This document shows, piece by piece, positions 19,948 to 30,712 of a stretch of DNA of 64,000 nucleotides (positions are counted from its first letter, which is position 1; every line of letters starts with the position of its first letter). This stretch comes from Macrostomum lignano. Lineage: Eukaryota. The translations under genes were made by a program, and so were the position numbers. The stretch lies in contig NIVC01003033.1 of the NCBI GenBank assembly GCA_002269645.1, forward strand, positions 1 to 64,000. The letters run 5' to 3'. A model generated the notes under the pieces. That model had not been told where the DNA came from and searched no databases. It saw nothing but the letters and a program-made list of their open reading frames with translations.

Positions 19948-20587
19948 GCGGATAAACTGTTATGATGTGCGCCTGCGACAGGGAAGCTGCATGATTGTCA
20001 GCGGGCCTACAAATGCAGGAAAGACAACCTTCGTGAAACATCTGATACAATACAAGGATGTCATGTTTGATGTGAAGCCTGGGAGAGTTCTGTGGTACTA
20101 CGGGATTTCACAAGCAGCACACTCTGAGCTCAGCAGTCTCGGCGTGCACCTGCAGCAGGGATTTCCCAGCAGTATCGAGACCGCACTGAGACCCAATGAC
20201 CTGGTTGTATTTGATGACCTGATTGAAGAAACTTCCAATTCTGCTGCAATGCGAAATGTTTTCACTGGAATTGCCCATCATTTGCCCTGCTTTCTGGTTA
20301 TGCTCACCCAAAATGTATTTTTTAAAGGGAAGGAGTTGCGAACAATGAGTCTGAATGCGATGTACTTTGTGATCATGAAGAACCCCAGAGACCAGCTGCA
20401 GATTGCAGCGCTGGGCAGGCAGTGCTTTGCTGAGAAGCCCGGATTTCTGCTGTCAGTGTTCAAGCACGTGACATCGCACGGCAGGGGAGCCTACCTGCTC
20501 CTGGATTTTCACCCTTCCACCCCTGATGAGCTGCGGGTCCGGGCTCGAATCCTGCCCAATCAGCGACCCCACCTGGTTTACACTTAA
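19934..20587 (+). CDS. A32/FtsK-like packaging ATPase (inner Polinton)
   Basis: Walker A GPTNAGKT, Walker B LVVFDDL, FTGIAHH, TQNVF, SLNAMYFVIMKNPRD, YLLLDFHP. Confidence 0.93.
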   Translation: METRERINCYDVRLRQGSCMIVSGPTNAGKTTFVKHLIQYKDVMFDVKPGRVLWYYGISQAAHSELSSLGVHLQQGFPSSIETALRPNDLVVFDDLIEETSNSAAMRNVFTGIAHHLPCFLVMLTQNVFFKGKELRTMSLNAMYFVIMKNPRDQLQIAALGRQCFAEKPGFLLSVFKHVTSHGRGAYLLLDFHPSTPDELRVRARILPNQRPHLVYT

Positions 20588-20639
20588 GAATAACAGCCGA
20601 GATTTTGCCATTTGTCTATATTCTGCAACACTAATGATA

Positions 20640-20950
20640 ATGGAAACCTTTGACTCACATGAAAGTTTGTTTGATGTTCTCGCGTCACCGAAATATTCCA
20701 TCAGCTTTAAACGTCTGTTGATCAGAGCGGGTCCAAAAGCCGTACGTGAATTTCTCATTGAGGCCTGCTACAACCTATTGCAAAACACTCTGTCGTTCTC
20801 ACTCACTCAAAAGGCAGCGTGGTGAAGCAAAAGCAAATAATCCGCAAAATTTCTACACATAGAAGAGCTGCGGATCTGCTAAATACGGGTTTTATCAAAA
20901 TTCTCTACATTCTAATAAAGCTAGTGAAGAAAAAGAAGCAAAATGAATAA
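20640..20950 (+). pseudogene. Small conserved Polinton protein downstream of the ATPase (disrupted)
   Basis: KRLLIRAGPKAVREFLIEACYNLLQNTLSFSLTQK then a stop; basic continuation in a shifted frame; usual position after the ATPase. Confidence 0.55.
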
Positions 20951-21638
20951 GTTCTCAGAAATGGTTCTGATCCCCAAGTCAGAGTACGACATGCTCACAC
21001 AGAATTTGAAGCCAGTCGAGTCTGAAATGGACACTGCTGTGAGATATGCGCAGAGGAAATGCAATGATATTTTGCTTGCCGAGGATTGCCCAGACGATGT
21101 GAAAGCTGCCATGTACCATGATGCGATGAAGAGTTTGCTGGTCAAGCGCAAGCGGACTGGAAAGGATGGTGCGGTACCTGCGAGTGATGCAAAGATGCTG
21201 AAAACAGATATTGCACCAAGCAGCTGGGGGGAAAAGATCACCCAATCCGTGCCGCAGAAGTTTAAAGCGAGAGCCCGCAGTCTATGGGCCATCCTATCTG
21301 GCAATCCTTCTCTGATTCGGGTGTCCGAAAATGGCGAGGCGCAAATTTCTGGGAAGACAATACCCTCCTCAAACATCCTGGATTTGTTTCACAGTGCGGT
21401 GAGGGATTCGAAATGTGCCAGCGAGCCGGTAGGCTGGAGTGAGTTTGTCTCATTGCTTCAAGACAAAAAGCTTAACATCCCAGCTTCGGCTATAGGAAAG
21501 TCAGTAAGGCAGCTAATTTCTAAACCGGCTGTTTCTCCAGAGGCCACCCCTGCACATCATACAGTTAAGGGATTCGGGAGTGGGAGAGCCTGGCTACACC
21601 TGAGCAGGAAAAAAAAACTATTTAAGAAGGGGAACTGA
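20943..21638 (+). CDS. Conserved Polinton protein of unknown function
   Basis: VPQKFKARARSL...GEAQISGKTIPSSNILDL...PVGWSEF...NIPASAIG pattern typical of Maverick core ORFs. Confidence 0.7.
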   Translation: MNKFSEMVLIPKSEYDMLTQNLKPVESEMDTAVRYAQRKCNDILLAEDCPDDVKAAMYHDAMKSLLVKRKRTGKDGAVPASDAKMLKTDIAPSSWGEKITQSVPQKFKARARSLWAILSGNPSLIRVSENGEAQISGKTIPSSNILDLFHSAVRDSKCASEPVGWSEFVSLLQDKKLNIPASAIGKSVRQLISKPAVSPEATPAHHTVKGFGSGRAWLHLSRKKKLFKKGN

Positions 21639-21678
21639 GTCGGCTTCCCGACATCTTGCGTCTTGAAACCATCCGATC

Positions 21679-22524
21679 ATGAACTATATTGACTTCCAAG
21701 GCTTCCCACGCGAGAGATCGAGCAGAGATTTCGTTGTGAAGGAGCTGGCCATTGCCCAAGTCCGGGCTGGCAGTTACCATATCACTCATCACGTGTACGC
21801 CTCTCCGTTCTCATGGGACAGAATCTCACCTGAGATGCAAGTACATTACAGAAAGCTCTCAAAGAATTTGCATCATTTCAAGTGGACAGATGGATCCCGA
21901 CCGTACATGCATTTGGCTAATGACATTCTAAACATTGCTTACGGTCCCACCTGGACAAGCGGGGTGAAAAAGTCCATCTTTCTGACTGAGCTGCTTGGCA
22001 GACAGGTGTACAACCTAGAGGATCTGGGATCACCTTTGATTCAAGCATCTGATACTGGTTGTGCAGTGAAAAATGTATTACTGTACTACAACTGGCTGAA
22101 ACCGAAGTTCTGTATCAACTTAAGAAGCGAGGTGTGCCCGCACCACTCAAAAGCTCGCAAAGACAGCACCACTGACAGAAAGGACTCTCTAAATGAGTAC
22201 ACCTGCGACAGCCCTGCGAGTGACCAATCTGGTCGGCGGCGTGGATCTGAGACTTGCTGGAGGCAGGGGTGCCCAATTGCCTCTGCGGGAACTGGCTCTC
22301 AGCATGGCTCATGTCATCTATCGTCCCGTCTGGCCCCGAGTGCTTATCAAGAGGATGCGGAATCCCAGAGTGACTCTGTTGCTCTATCCGACTGGACAAC
22401 TGAGTATCTGTGGCGCCCGGAGCTACTCGGCCTCAGTCAGGGCCGCTCGTCGCTTCGTGGCTATGCTGCATCGCAGAGTGCCTGCTCAACTGCTGCCTCA
22501 TCAAGCTGTGCATGTGCGGATTAA
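21679..22524 (+). CDS. DEDD/DnaQ-like fold protein of the IDxQGF...FxVKELA type; homology ends near 22100
   Basis: YIDFQGF...FVVKELAI, HHFKWTDG, VYNLEDLG; the C-terminal part overlaps the TBP-like ORF and is probably read-through. Confidence 0.55.
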   Translation: MNYIDFQGFPRERSSRDFVVKELAIAQVRAGSYHITHHVYASPFSWDRISPEMQVHYRKLSKNLHHFKWTDGSRPYMHLANDILNIAYGPTWTSGVKKSIFLTELLGRQVYNLEDLGSPLIQASDTGCAVKNVLLYYNWLKPKFCINLRSEVCPHHSKARKDSTTDRKDSLNEYTCDSPASDQSGRRRGSETCWRQGCPIASAGTGSQHGSCHLSSRLAPSAYQEDAESQSDSVALSDWTTEYLWRPELLGLSQGRSSLRGYAASQSACSTAASSSCACAD

Positions 22525-22756
22525 AACTATTACTGCTCATGGGAAGATTGACTTGTGCAGAGCACTTCCCCTCGCTAATCTTGTAAACACTTTACCAAGT
22601 GCTCAATATGAGCCAGAATCATTTTCTGCTTTGATCTGCAAACTAAGCTTCTGCAAATGCCTGCTTTTTCACAATGGCTCATTTGTTCTCAGTGGTGCAA
22701 AAACAATGAGCATGCTAATTTCCGACTTTTCCTTGCTTGTCCGTTTTCTGTGCTAA
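22193..22756 (+). CDS. TATA-box-binding-protein-like (both TBP repeats)
   Basis: [35 protein letters not shown] versus TBP [45 protein letters not shown]...[14 protein letters not shown] versus YEPELFPGLI...LIFVSGKVVLTGAK. Confidence 0.88.
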   Translation: [187 protein letters not shown]

Positions 22757-23508
22757 TAATAACCATATGTTTCAACAATTAAATAAAAAGACGACAGCTG
22801 AACAAAAATATAATAATCTTGCATGCATATGCCACGTATTAAGATGCGTGCATTTTAATCAATATACCTGAAAATCAGACTTCGATCGACTTTTTCTTTA
22901 TTTTCAAAACTGAAATCGCAATATTAGTTTGAGTATAGAAAATTTAATCAGACCACAACCAACTCAAGAAAAAAAAGCACACCCATCACTCAGATTATGC
23001 ACTGCTAAGACAAAAACGAACAAGAACTAGCAGAAATGAAAAAGGAAGCAAATATTTTTCAGATAATCATTGGATAATGGTTACAAAAAAATATGAGTAG
23101 CAAAGCTAGCAAAGATAAAAAAGGACAGTAACTCAGTTCATTCAATTGTGCAAAAATTCAAGGATAATAAAAAAGGGGAAAGCCAGACCAATATGCCGCA
23201 AATTATTCCAACATGGCTTTCACAAGTTCGTATTGAAATAAATCTGGAACAACTCAACCCGAAAATGTTACGCTCAGTTAGTTGCTTAGAGACTACAAAT
23301 ATTTTAACTAACTGAATTGGCTCTATTCGTTCCAGCATTGTCATTATCATCATCATCCATCATTATCATCATCATCCATCATTATCATCATCATCCCATC
23401 ATCACCATCATCATCATTCAGATTAATTAAACCACAGAAACAATTCATGGAGTACATAAGTAAAAGTCAATAAATTTCAACGCCAAGGTTACACAGATGT
23501 GCAAAGCA

Positions 23509-26500
23509 TCACTCTAAGCAGTCCGCTGTCCTTTTCGGACTACCCCTGATTAACAGCTGAAAGTGGCCGAACGGAAGACTTGAGTTCGAGCCAGTCCACG
23601 CTCGCTTGTCCTCCCAGATACTGAGAGCGAGCTTACGTTGCTCAATGGTGAAAACGCGATGTTTCTCACTTCCAATTCGACGAACAGTGAGCGACAGCTT
23701 TGAAGCCCCCTTGAAAATCTTGACGTAGTCGTCGTGGGAGACTTCATTCTTCAGCACGCTTCGTTGGATGCCTTTTGCTTTTGCTTTGCATGCCGCCGAG
23801 CTTTCAGCGAGGAAAGAATAGAGCTTGGGCCTTAGCAGCACCCACTCAATCTGTTGCAGTCCACCAGCTTCATCTTTAATGCAGCCTAGCTTGGCCTTTA
23901 GCGATTCGAGAAGAGAGGATGATTAGTGAAAAAATTGGAGGTGTCCAAGAGGCCTTCGGCATGCAGGATTGGCAGCACTTCTCTCTGCAAACTAAGGTTC
24001 TCTAAGCTCAAAAACAACGAGTCTGTATCGCCACCGCAAACTCGAACTCTTGCTCCATCACGGAATTCTAGCATGGGTTTTATTTTGTCATAGTAAAGTC
24101 GATACATGATGATCTTGGAGCGATCTAGAACACACTGCCCCATGAAGATTGGGCGATCAAGAGTTACTTCGTGCTTTTGAAGCTCAAAGATGCTGAGTGA
24201 CGGCGTAATGATTGTGAATGATGCGACATTTGGTTGAGAAGAAACAGTCTTGGCTTTTTTCTTGTCAGTACACACTCTGATGTCCCGCCGCTTGCGCACG
24301 TTCTCCATTGTTTTGCCAAACAGGGAGTTATTTTTCAGTTTATAGAAATCCTTCTCGAAATCATTTTTCGCCATAGAGCGCTTCTCGCTATTCATCTTAA
24401 TGTAGTCCGCGAAGACAGGTTCTTGCCTGAATTCGATCATCCTGTGGAGCCCATGCAACTTCATTCCGTGCGATAGATAGAATCGGAGAGCAGACGAGTG
24501 CAGTACATAGGAAAACTTGTTGTGGCATGTGAGCATTAATTTTTGTACTCCACGGTAGCGCGCAACGGTAGGATTCTCAGTCGTGTTCGCGTCGGGCTGC
24601 TGCTGCTGATGATGCTGAGAATGATCATTGTCATGTTGAAGCAGTACCCATAATTCTCGCATGTACTGCGGAAATTCTTCAAAATTCGGACACCTTTTCT
24701 CTGGGGCGAATGGAAGATCCTCCGTTGCCGTGTGGATTTCGGCTGGGTAGAGCAAATCCGCTTCGACAAGGTAGCCGATTGGAGCGTCATCATCCAGGGA
24801 AAGAAAGCGGCACTCGGACCAGGAGCACAGCTCCTCTTGACTGAGCCAGCGAAAGCCGCCAACAGGTAGGGGCATTGTGAGCGCATGACCATAAAGGTTA
24901 TTAGCATCAACAGCCAGTAAACTCCTACCTGCTGGTTCATTATCATCATCGCTACTTTCGCTCTGGACATGATGTACATTGACAAAAGACATTCCACCCC
25001 GAATTCCTTTCTCAAACATTTTATACATCTCGAGGTCAGTTAGCAGTTCGATCTTGACTTGAGAAGACTTTAGTGCAGAAGCGAATGATAAGCCTGGAGT
25101 TGACACAAAATGCACCGGATCTAGCTTGTCTTCCTGCAAACTCAGCCTTCGAAACCCTTCAAAGATATCTGCTAGTTGCCTGATGTCCAGCTCCAAGTAG
25201 CAGAGCATGTAATCGCGCAATGTTGTAGATTCGAATTCAGTCCAGGCCTTCTGCGCATGCCGATACTCCGCCTCGGTACAGTGGCTGTTGGTGAGTCGGT
25301 TAAAAAAGCTTTCTACTTTTGGTAGTTGGCGATCATCAAGCACATTCAAATTCGAGAGATAATCATAAGGGAAAACTCCCTTACTAAACAGTACATCGCT
25401 TGAAAGATTTGGATACTTTGATCGCATCGCATTAGTGATGGGACAGTTGTCCTCCGGCAAGTTCTTAATAAGTTGAGAAGACTGCTGTGTAGGAATTGCA
25501 GTGAGTCGATGAATTGTAGCGTGAAAAACAGGGGCTTTTTTACGCCATCTTTCTCATACTCATCAATCTGGAACTCGACCCTCATGGAGAGGTACGACTC
25601 GGCAGTTTGGGGGATGACGCTCACCCTCCAACCAGTCATGTCACCCAGCGCAGTTGAGAAAATCAAATGCAGGTCATATCCGCGAAGATTGTGGAAAACT
25701 ATTGGCAAAAATCGCCGTTTCAGCCGAGCAAGCTTGTTACACGAAGCGCAGGCAGCACCCTTGTATTCACCGCTGAGGTGGTCGTGATCCCAGTGCTTGT
25801 CAGAAGATGAAATAAACACTGCATTGCATAAATAGCACTGTGGGGCATCTTGAAAGCTGCGCCTGTTGTCATCTCTGTTTCTGTCAGCAATCTGATGACT
25901 AAACTCGGTATTCCAACCATAAACTTCACGAGCAAGACGTTCGAGTGAGGCCAAAAACTGTTTCACGACAGAATTCGGATTGGGTCCGCTGCAGAGGAAA
26001 ACATCCTCACTCGGCCTCAGAATTTTGCTGCTCATACCCTCTCTTGGAAAACAATGTAGCCAGCAGCTACAGGTACATGCTCAGTTAACTTGGTGACAGT
26101 AACTTCTCTTTCAGACTCCACTGGTTCACGTGGGGTGTTCAGAGCTTCAAAATCTGCGTAGACAACAAATGGGGGACTGATTGTCTTTTCCCAAGCCATG
26201 AACTGCATTGTGTTGCTACTTGCATCAGGCATGCGCTCCATGATGGCTGGTTTCAGTTGAGGATTGCAGCTGTCTCGATGCTGCTCCAACTCTTCCTGGA
26301 TCGAAACGGAGAAATGCACTTCTCACACCATTTGCGATTCCTCAGACCTTTTTTGCTGTTCAGGAGCCGGTCCAGGTTCGAAACTGCACACCAGTGTCCA
26401 GTCCCACAATTCTCATCACCACCACCATCATCATCAGCATCATCGGTGCTGGAGTTGCGAAGCAAGAGTAGAGGAATAACCTTGCGAGAGGCACAAATCC

Positions 26501-27263
26501 CAGGAAGAGGCTGGCGAATGACATAGGCCTCATCATCTTCCCAGCTAAAAACTGTGAAACAGATTTCGGAATTATTTTCCTCTATAACGTCTAAATCGGA
26601 AATTGCGACTGGTAGTGCGATGCCGCTCAGATCGATTTCATCCAACCATCTGCTGTAAGTTGTTAGTCGATGGCAAGACTTCATCACACCAGGATCTCTG
26701 ATGTGCAGGTAAGCGAGACAGGCAAACAGAAAGCAATTGTTTCCATCGCTCGGTGGGTTGATTATGGCCTTCTTAACCGCCAGCTGATTGGGCAAAGTAA
26801 AATTCGCGCATCGTCCACGATAGTAGCGAATGCGATCAGTGAGGGCAGAGCACAGATCAAAATAGTTGATTTGCTCAACTATCCAACCGCTCCCATTTGA
26901 ATTGTAGGCATCAATCTTGCGTTCCAGCTCAGAAAACTGCTGCAACCACCACAATTCAAAATCTCTTAGATCAGAGAGAAGCTCAAGACCGCATGCGATC
27001 CACTTATCTTCTGCATTGATTACCGCAGCTTCCTTGATTCTCACCATTCTGATGTTGAACTTGAGCTGCGCTCGAATAGAATTATTCTCGGATGAATCGA
27101 ATCTCATCTCAACAGCCTGTAGCACTGCAAACTTCGTTGATGATAAAAAATGAAATGGCTCGAGATCTCTTGATGCTGGAGTGAAGCGTCTGACCTGCAG
27201 CGTGTCATCATGCGCACTAGCGTGAATAGCCGAGCTGAATTGAATGCCTGCATGAATTAGCAT
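23509..27263 (-). pseudogene. Protein-primed DNA polymerase B of inner Polinton, in five frame segments
   Basis: Segments 26253-27263, 26032-26319 (YADFE), 25346-26035 (DHDHLSGEYKGAACASCN; FHNLRGYD), 23898-25460 (KGVFPYDY, DANNLYG, KLKNNSLFGKTMEN, GDTDSLF), 23509-23841 (RPKLYS, KAKG). Confidence 0.93.
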
Positions 27264-27349
27264 GTTGTTGGGTGTACGCGTTTCACTCGACAGTTAAAAT
27301 TTATAAATCATAATCCTAATTCCACCTCATTATGGTGCGGGAATCGGTT

Positions 27350-27745
27350 AATCAGGAATCAGTGAATCGGGAATCGGCGAATCGGGAATCAGTGAATCGG
27401 TGAATCGGTGAATCGGTGAATCGGGAATCGGTGAATCCGTGAATCGGGAATCGGTGAATCGCTAATCAGTGAATCAGGAATCGGGAATCAGTGAATCGGT
27501 GAATCGGGAATCAGTGAATCGGTGAATCGGGAATCAGTGAATCGGTGAATCGGGAATCAGTGAATCGGTGAATCGGTGAATCGGGAATCAGTGAATCGGT
27601 GAATCGGGAATCAGTGAATCGGTGAATCGGGAATCAGTGAATCGGTGAATCGGTGAATCGGTGAATCGGGAATCGGTGAATCGGTGAATCGGGAATCGGT
27701 GAATCCGTGAATCGGGAATCGGTGAATCGGCGAATCAGGAATCGG
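27350..27745 (+). repeat. GTGAATCG/GGAATCG 7-8 bp tandem array upstream of inner polB
   Basis: Directly visible array. Confidence 0.95.
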
Positions 27746-28531
27746 GTTTTATGACTACTTTTTCTTGTACTTATAGAGGGAAGAGTCTACTTTACTGGCT
27801 TTACTAATCACATTGGATTGACTCACTGGTTGGTTCGATTTCGATAGCAAAATTGGTAGACTCAAGCGGCCGATCACTTGCTGATGATGATGATGAAGTG
27901 TCTCTCGAAGAAGCCATCTCGGTTCGGTTGATGACACGGCTTAGAGCATTTTCGATGAGAATTAGATGAGGAAATTTGCTGAAATACATATTTGTGAAAT
28001 TATTTTTTCTTGCAAAAGTAAATTTAAATCCCTAATTTGTGGATATACGCTTGTATTAAGTGTACATATTTTCGAAAGTTGTACTTCGGGTCTTGTCGTT
28101 ACGTGTCAAATTTCGGGGTCTAATAAAGGGTCTAATAAAAGGGTTTAATAAAAGGGTCTTATAAAACGAATTCTAAAAATATTTCAAAATAACTCAAAGC
28201 TGCAAACTTTTCCAAAATTCAGCGCTTCATTGCGCTTTAAAATTTATATTTTAAAAATGCAATGATACGCTACATTATTAGAAGCACAAGTTAAAGAAGG
28301 AGATTGCAAACCCAAAAAGAATCAAACCCAATCTGCATTCACACCCAAGCACAGCTTGATCAACGCGCACTGCCTGCATAAATATGAACTTTAAAAATAG
28401 CAATGAGATGTTGAAAAGAAAAATAAATATTATTCACTTTTGCAATATACGGATAATCATCTCGCAATTTAATTCAACACAGAATGTTTGCTAATTTAAT
28501 ATTTAACGACTGGTACATTAGAATTATTAGT

Positions 28532-29534
28532 TTAGAATTGAGAATTGCTCAGGCGAATACGGAAAGCCCCTCCCAAGTCAATCCAATATTCACCCGTAAC
28601 ACTGTTGGGCAGAACCAGCTGGATGCAGAGAGGTGCTGGCTGCTGCACTTCATTAGCGGCCGCAGGCTGAACCTCAGTCGGTGGTGGCGGTGGTGCAGGC
28701 GCAGGGCCTGAGTCCATATCGCGAATCAGGTCGGACAGGCTGACTTCGGCCGCAGGCTGAACCTCAGTCGGTGGCGGCGGTGGTGGAGGCGCAGGGCCTG
28801 AGTCCATATCGCGAATCAGGTCGGACAGGCTGACTTCGACCGCAGGCTGAACCTCAGTCGGTGGCGGCGGTGGTGGAGGCGCAGGGCCTGAGTCCATATC
28901 GCGAATCACGTCGGACAGGCTGACTTCTGCCAGCATCCTGGCACGCTCCATATTTTTTTTCGGGAACAGGGATTGCACGCCGCTGCTGCTGCTGTTGCAT
29001 TTCTTGCTGCTCCTGTGCTTCAGGCTCACCATCGAGGTTCTCGAAGAAAGCGGTGTCCAGCTCATTCAGCTCGAAGTCAGGGGTGCCACCTCCATCAGCA
29101 GCATCAAGCAGGGGAGCTCCCACATCACCGTCGAGTAGAGCAGCAGAAGCAGCAGCAGGCTGGGCGTTGGGCTGGTCACCAGTGTTCGTTACTCGGCCGC
29201 ATAAGCTCGTGATAACTTGACTCAAAGTGCTCACCGGCTCTCGAATGCGTTCTGCCGCCCTGTTGCGTTCCTCTTGACGTGCAACTTCCAGAGCAGTAAT
29301 GCGTGCCTGCTCGCGGTCCTCCGCAGAGCTCCAGTTAACAGTCGAATGATTTTTATGCCTTTTGATTTGGCCTCTAACGGTGAAGAGCTCAACGGACTGG
29401 TATTCATGGCATAGTAGCCATCGGGTGACACTGCAGCCTTCATTCGCTACATGGTGCTTTAGTCCACCGAGCATACTAATATTGCAGGTGACACACACCT
29501 CATGAACGTAGGATGGGCACCGAGAATGGCTCAT
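28532..29534 (-). CDS. Unknown inner-Polinton protein: Cys/His N-terminus, acidic middle, three 30-aa polyproline repeats (probable frameshift near 28960)
   Basis: Overlapping ORFs 28854-29534 and 28532-29065; 90-bp repeats at 28661, 28751 and 28841 encode EVSLSDLIRDMDSGPAPPPPPPPTEVQPAA. Confidence 0.5.
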
Positions 29535-30516
29535 GGTTTAAAATTTAATCAAGGGTTTTTTGTGAAAATTTGAAATTTCGAAGTCCGTTTAAATATCAAC
29601 AAAATCTATTTTTAATGGCTCAGTAGAATTTTTCAGTCCTTATATCCAAATCACCAGGCAATATCGCCTATATGTACACATACAGATATGTTTACACGTT
29701 ACATATGTGTATGCACTAATTATTTTCTTACCGTTATTGAGCAATAATAATAATAAAACTGATAACATTCCCCCGTCCCGTGCATCAGTTAGTTTTAAAG
29801 ACCTCCACCCCAGACCTGCACCCCACTTCCCCGCGGCCAAATCAGCAGTATCAAGAAAAACAATAACAAGGCAATAAACGGCGCTTTGCAAGCTCACTTT
29901 CACAACAAATTCAGTCCAGTTTGCGAGACTCGTACTAAAGTGCGGAGGAACTCATGAACATAGGCCTATGTATTCCCACTGCCAACAAAGTTTAAATATT
30001 GTGGAGATCGGAAGCCAGGTTCGCCCAATTTTCAATTAACTATGGTTAATGTACGCTAGAGAAGTTTTTTTTACTATTCTAGAGTCAGTTTTGGGCTTCC
30101 CAGGAACTTATGCTGCTTTCCCCTGCGGCAGAGTCCACCAATCCATTTACATAGAGCTCTATTCGGCTTTTTTCATTGAAGATCGAGTAGTAGGAAAATG
30201 AAAAGCGTCAAATTTTTCTATTCTATTTTTGTCTAATTAGATTAATTACTTCTCAAAGGATAAAAACATTTTCATTTAAAATCTAGAAACTAGTATTCTT
30301 TTGAAATGTTTGAAATGTTATTTCAAATTCGTCCTTTCGTTTCTATAGAAATACGATAAAAGATCGAGAAAATTTCTCGAACCGAATTCCAGAATCGGAT
30401 CGCGGTTTTGGAACCGACTATGAAAACGGAACAGACAATATGAAAAGTTTCGAACCGATTCTGGTCCTGGAATCGGTCATATGAAAAGCCCGTATATTTC
30501 GCTCTCCGACCCACCC

Positions 30517-30651
30517 CCCCATGGAAATTCCGTGGCTTTCCCTGCGGCAGAGTCCACCAATGCATTTACATAGGCGCTATGTTTACACACTATAGGGCCG
30601 TGGTTTTCCCACGGAAATTCCTGCGGCAGAGTCCACATTTCCCCTACTACT
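30517..30651 (-). repeat. Right TIR of inner Polinton
   Basis: Ends CCCCTACTACT followed by the TSD; a third partial copy of the TIR core lies at about 30115-30155. Confidence 0.96.
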
Positions 30652-30712
30652 AGCGCTGTTGCCAGAAATGGATTCACCTGCAAAATTGATAGACATCTTT
30701 TAATAGCAAATT

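Larger units (their letters stand above)
16910..30651. mobile_element. Inner Polinton/Maverick with both ends intact, 13,742 bp
   Basis: AGTAGT termini, 135-bp TIRs, 6-bp TSD AGCGCT (16904-16909 and 30652-30657), integrase, protease, ATPase, pPolB. Confidence 0.96.

Noticed and set aside
22100-22524. Dual-coding overlap of ORF 21679-22524 with the TBP-like gene
   Set aside because: Recognisable motifs stop near 22100; the extension looks like read-through after a lost stop.
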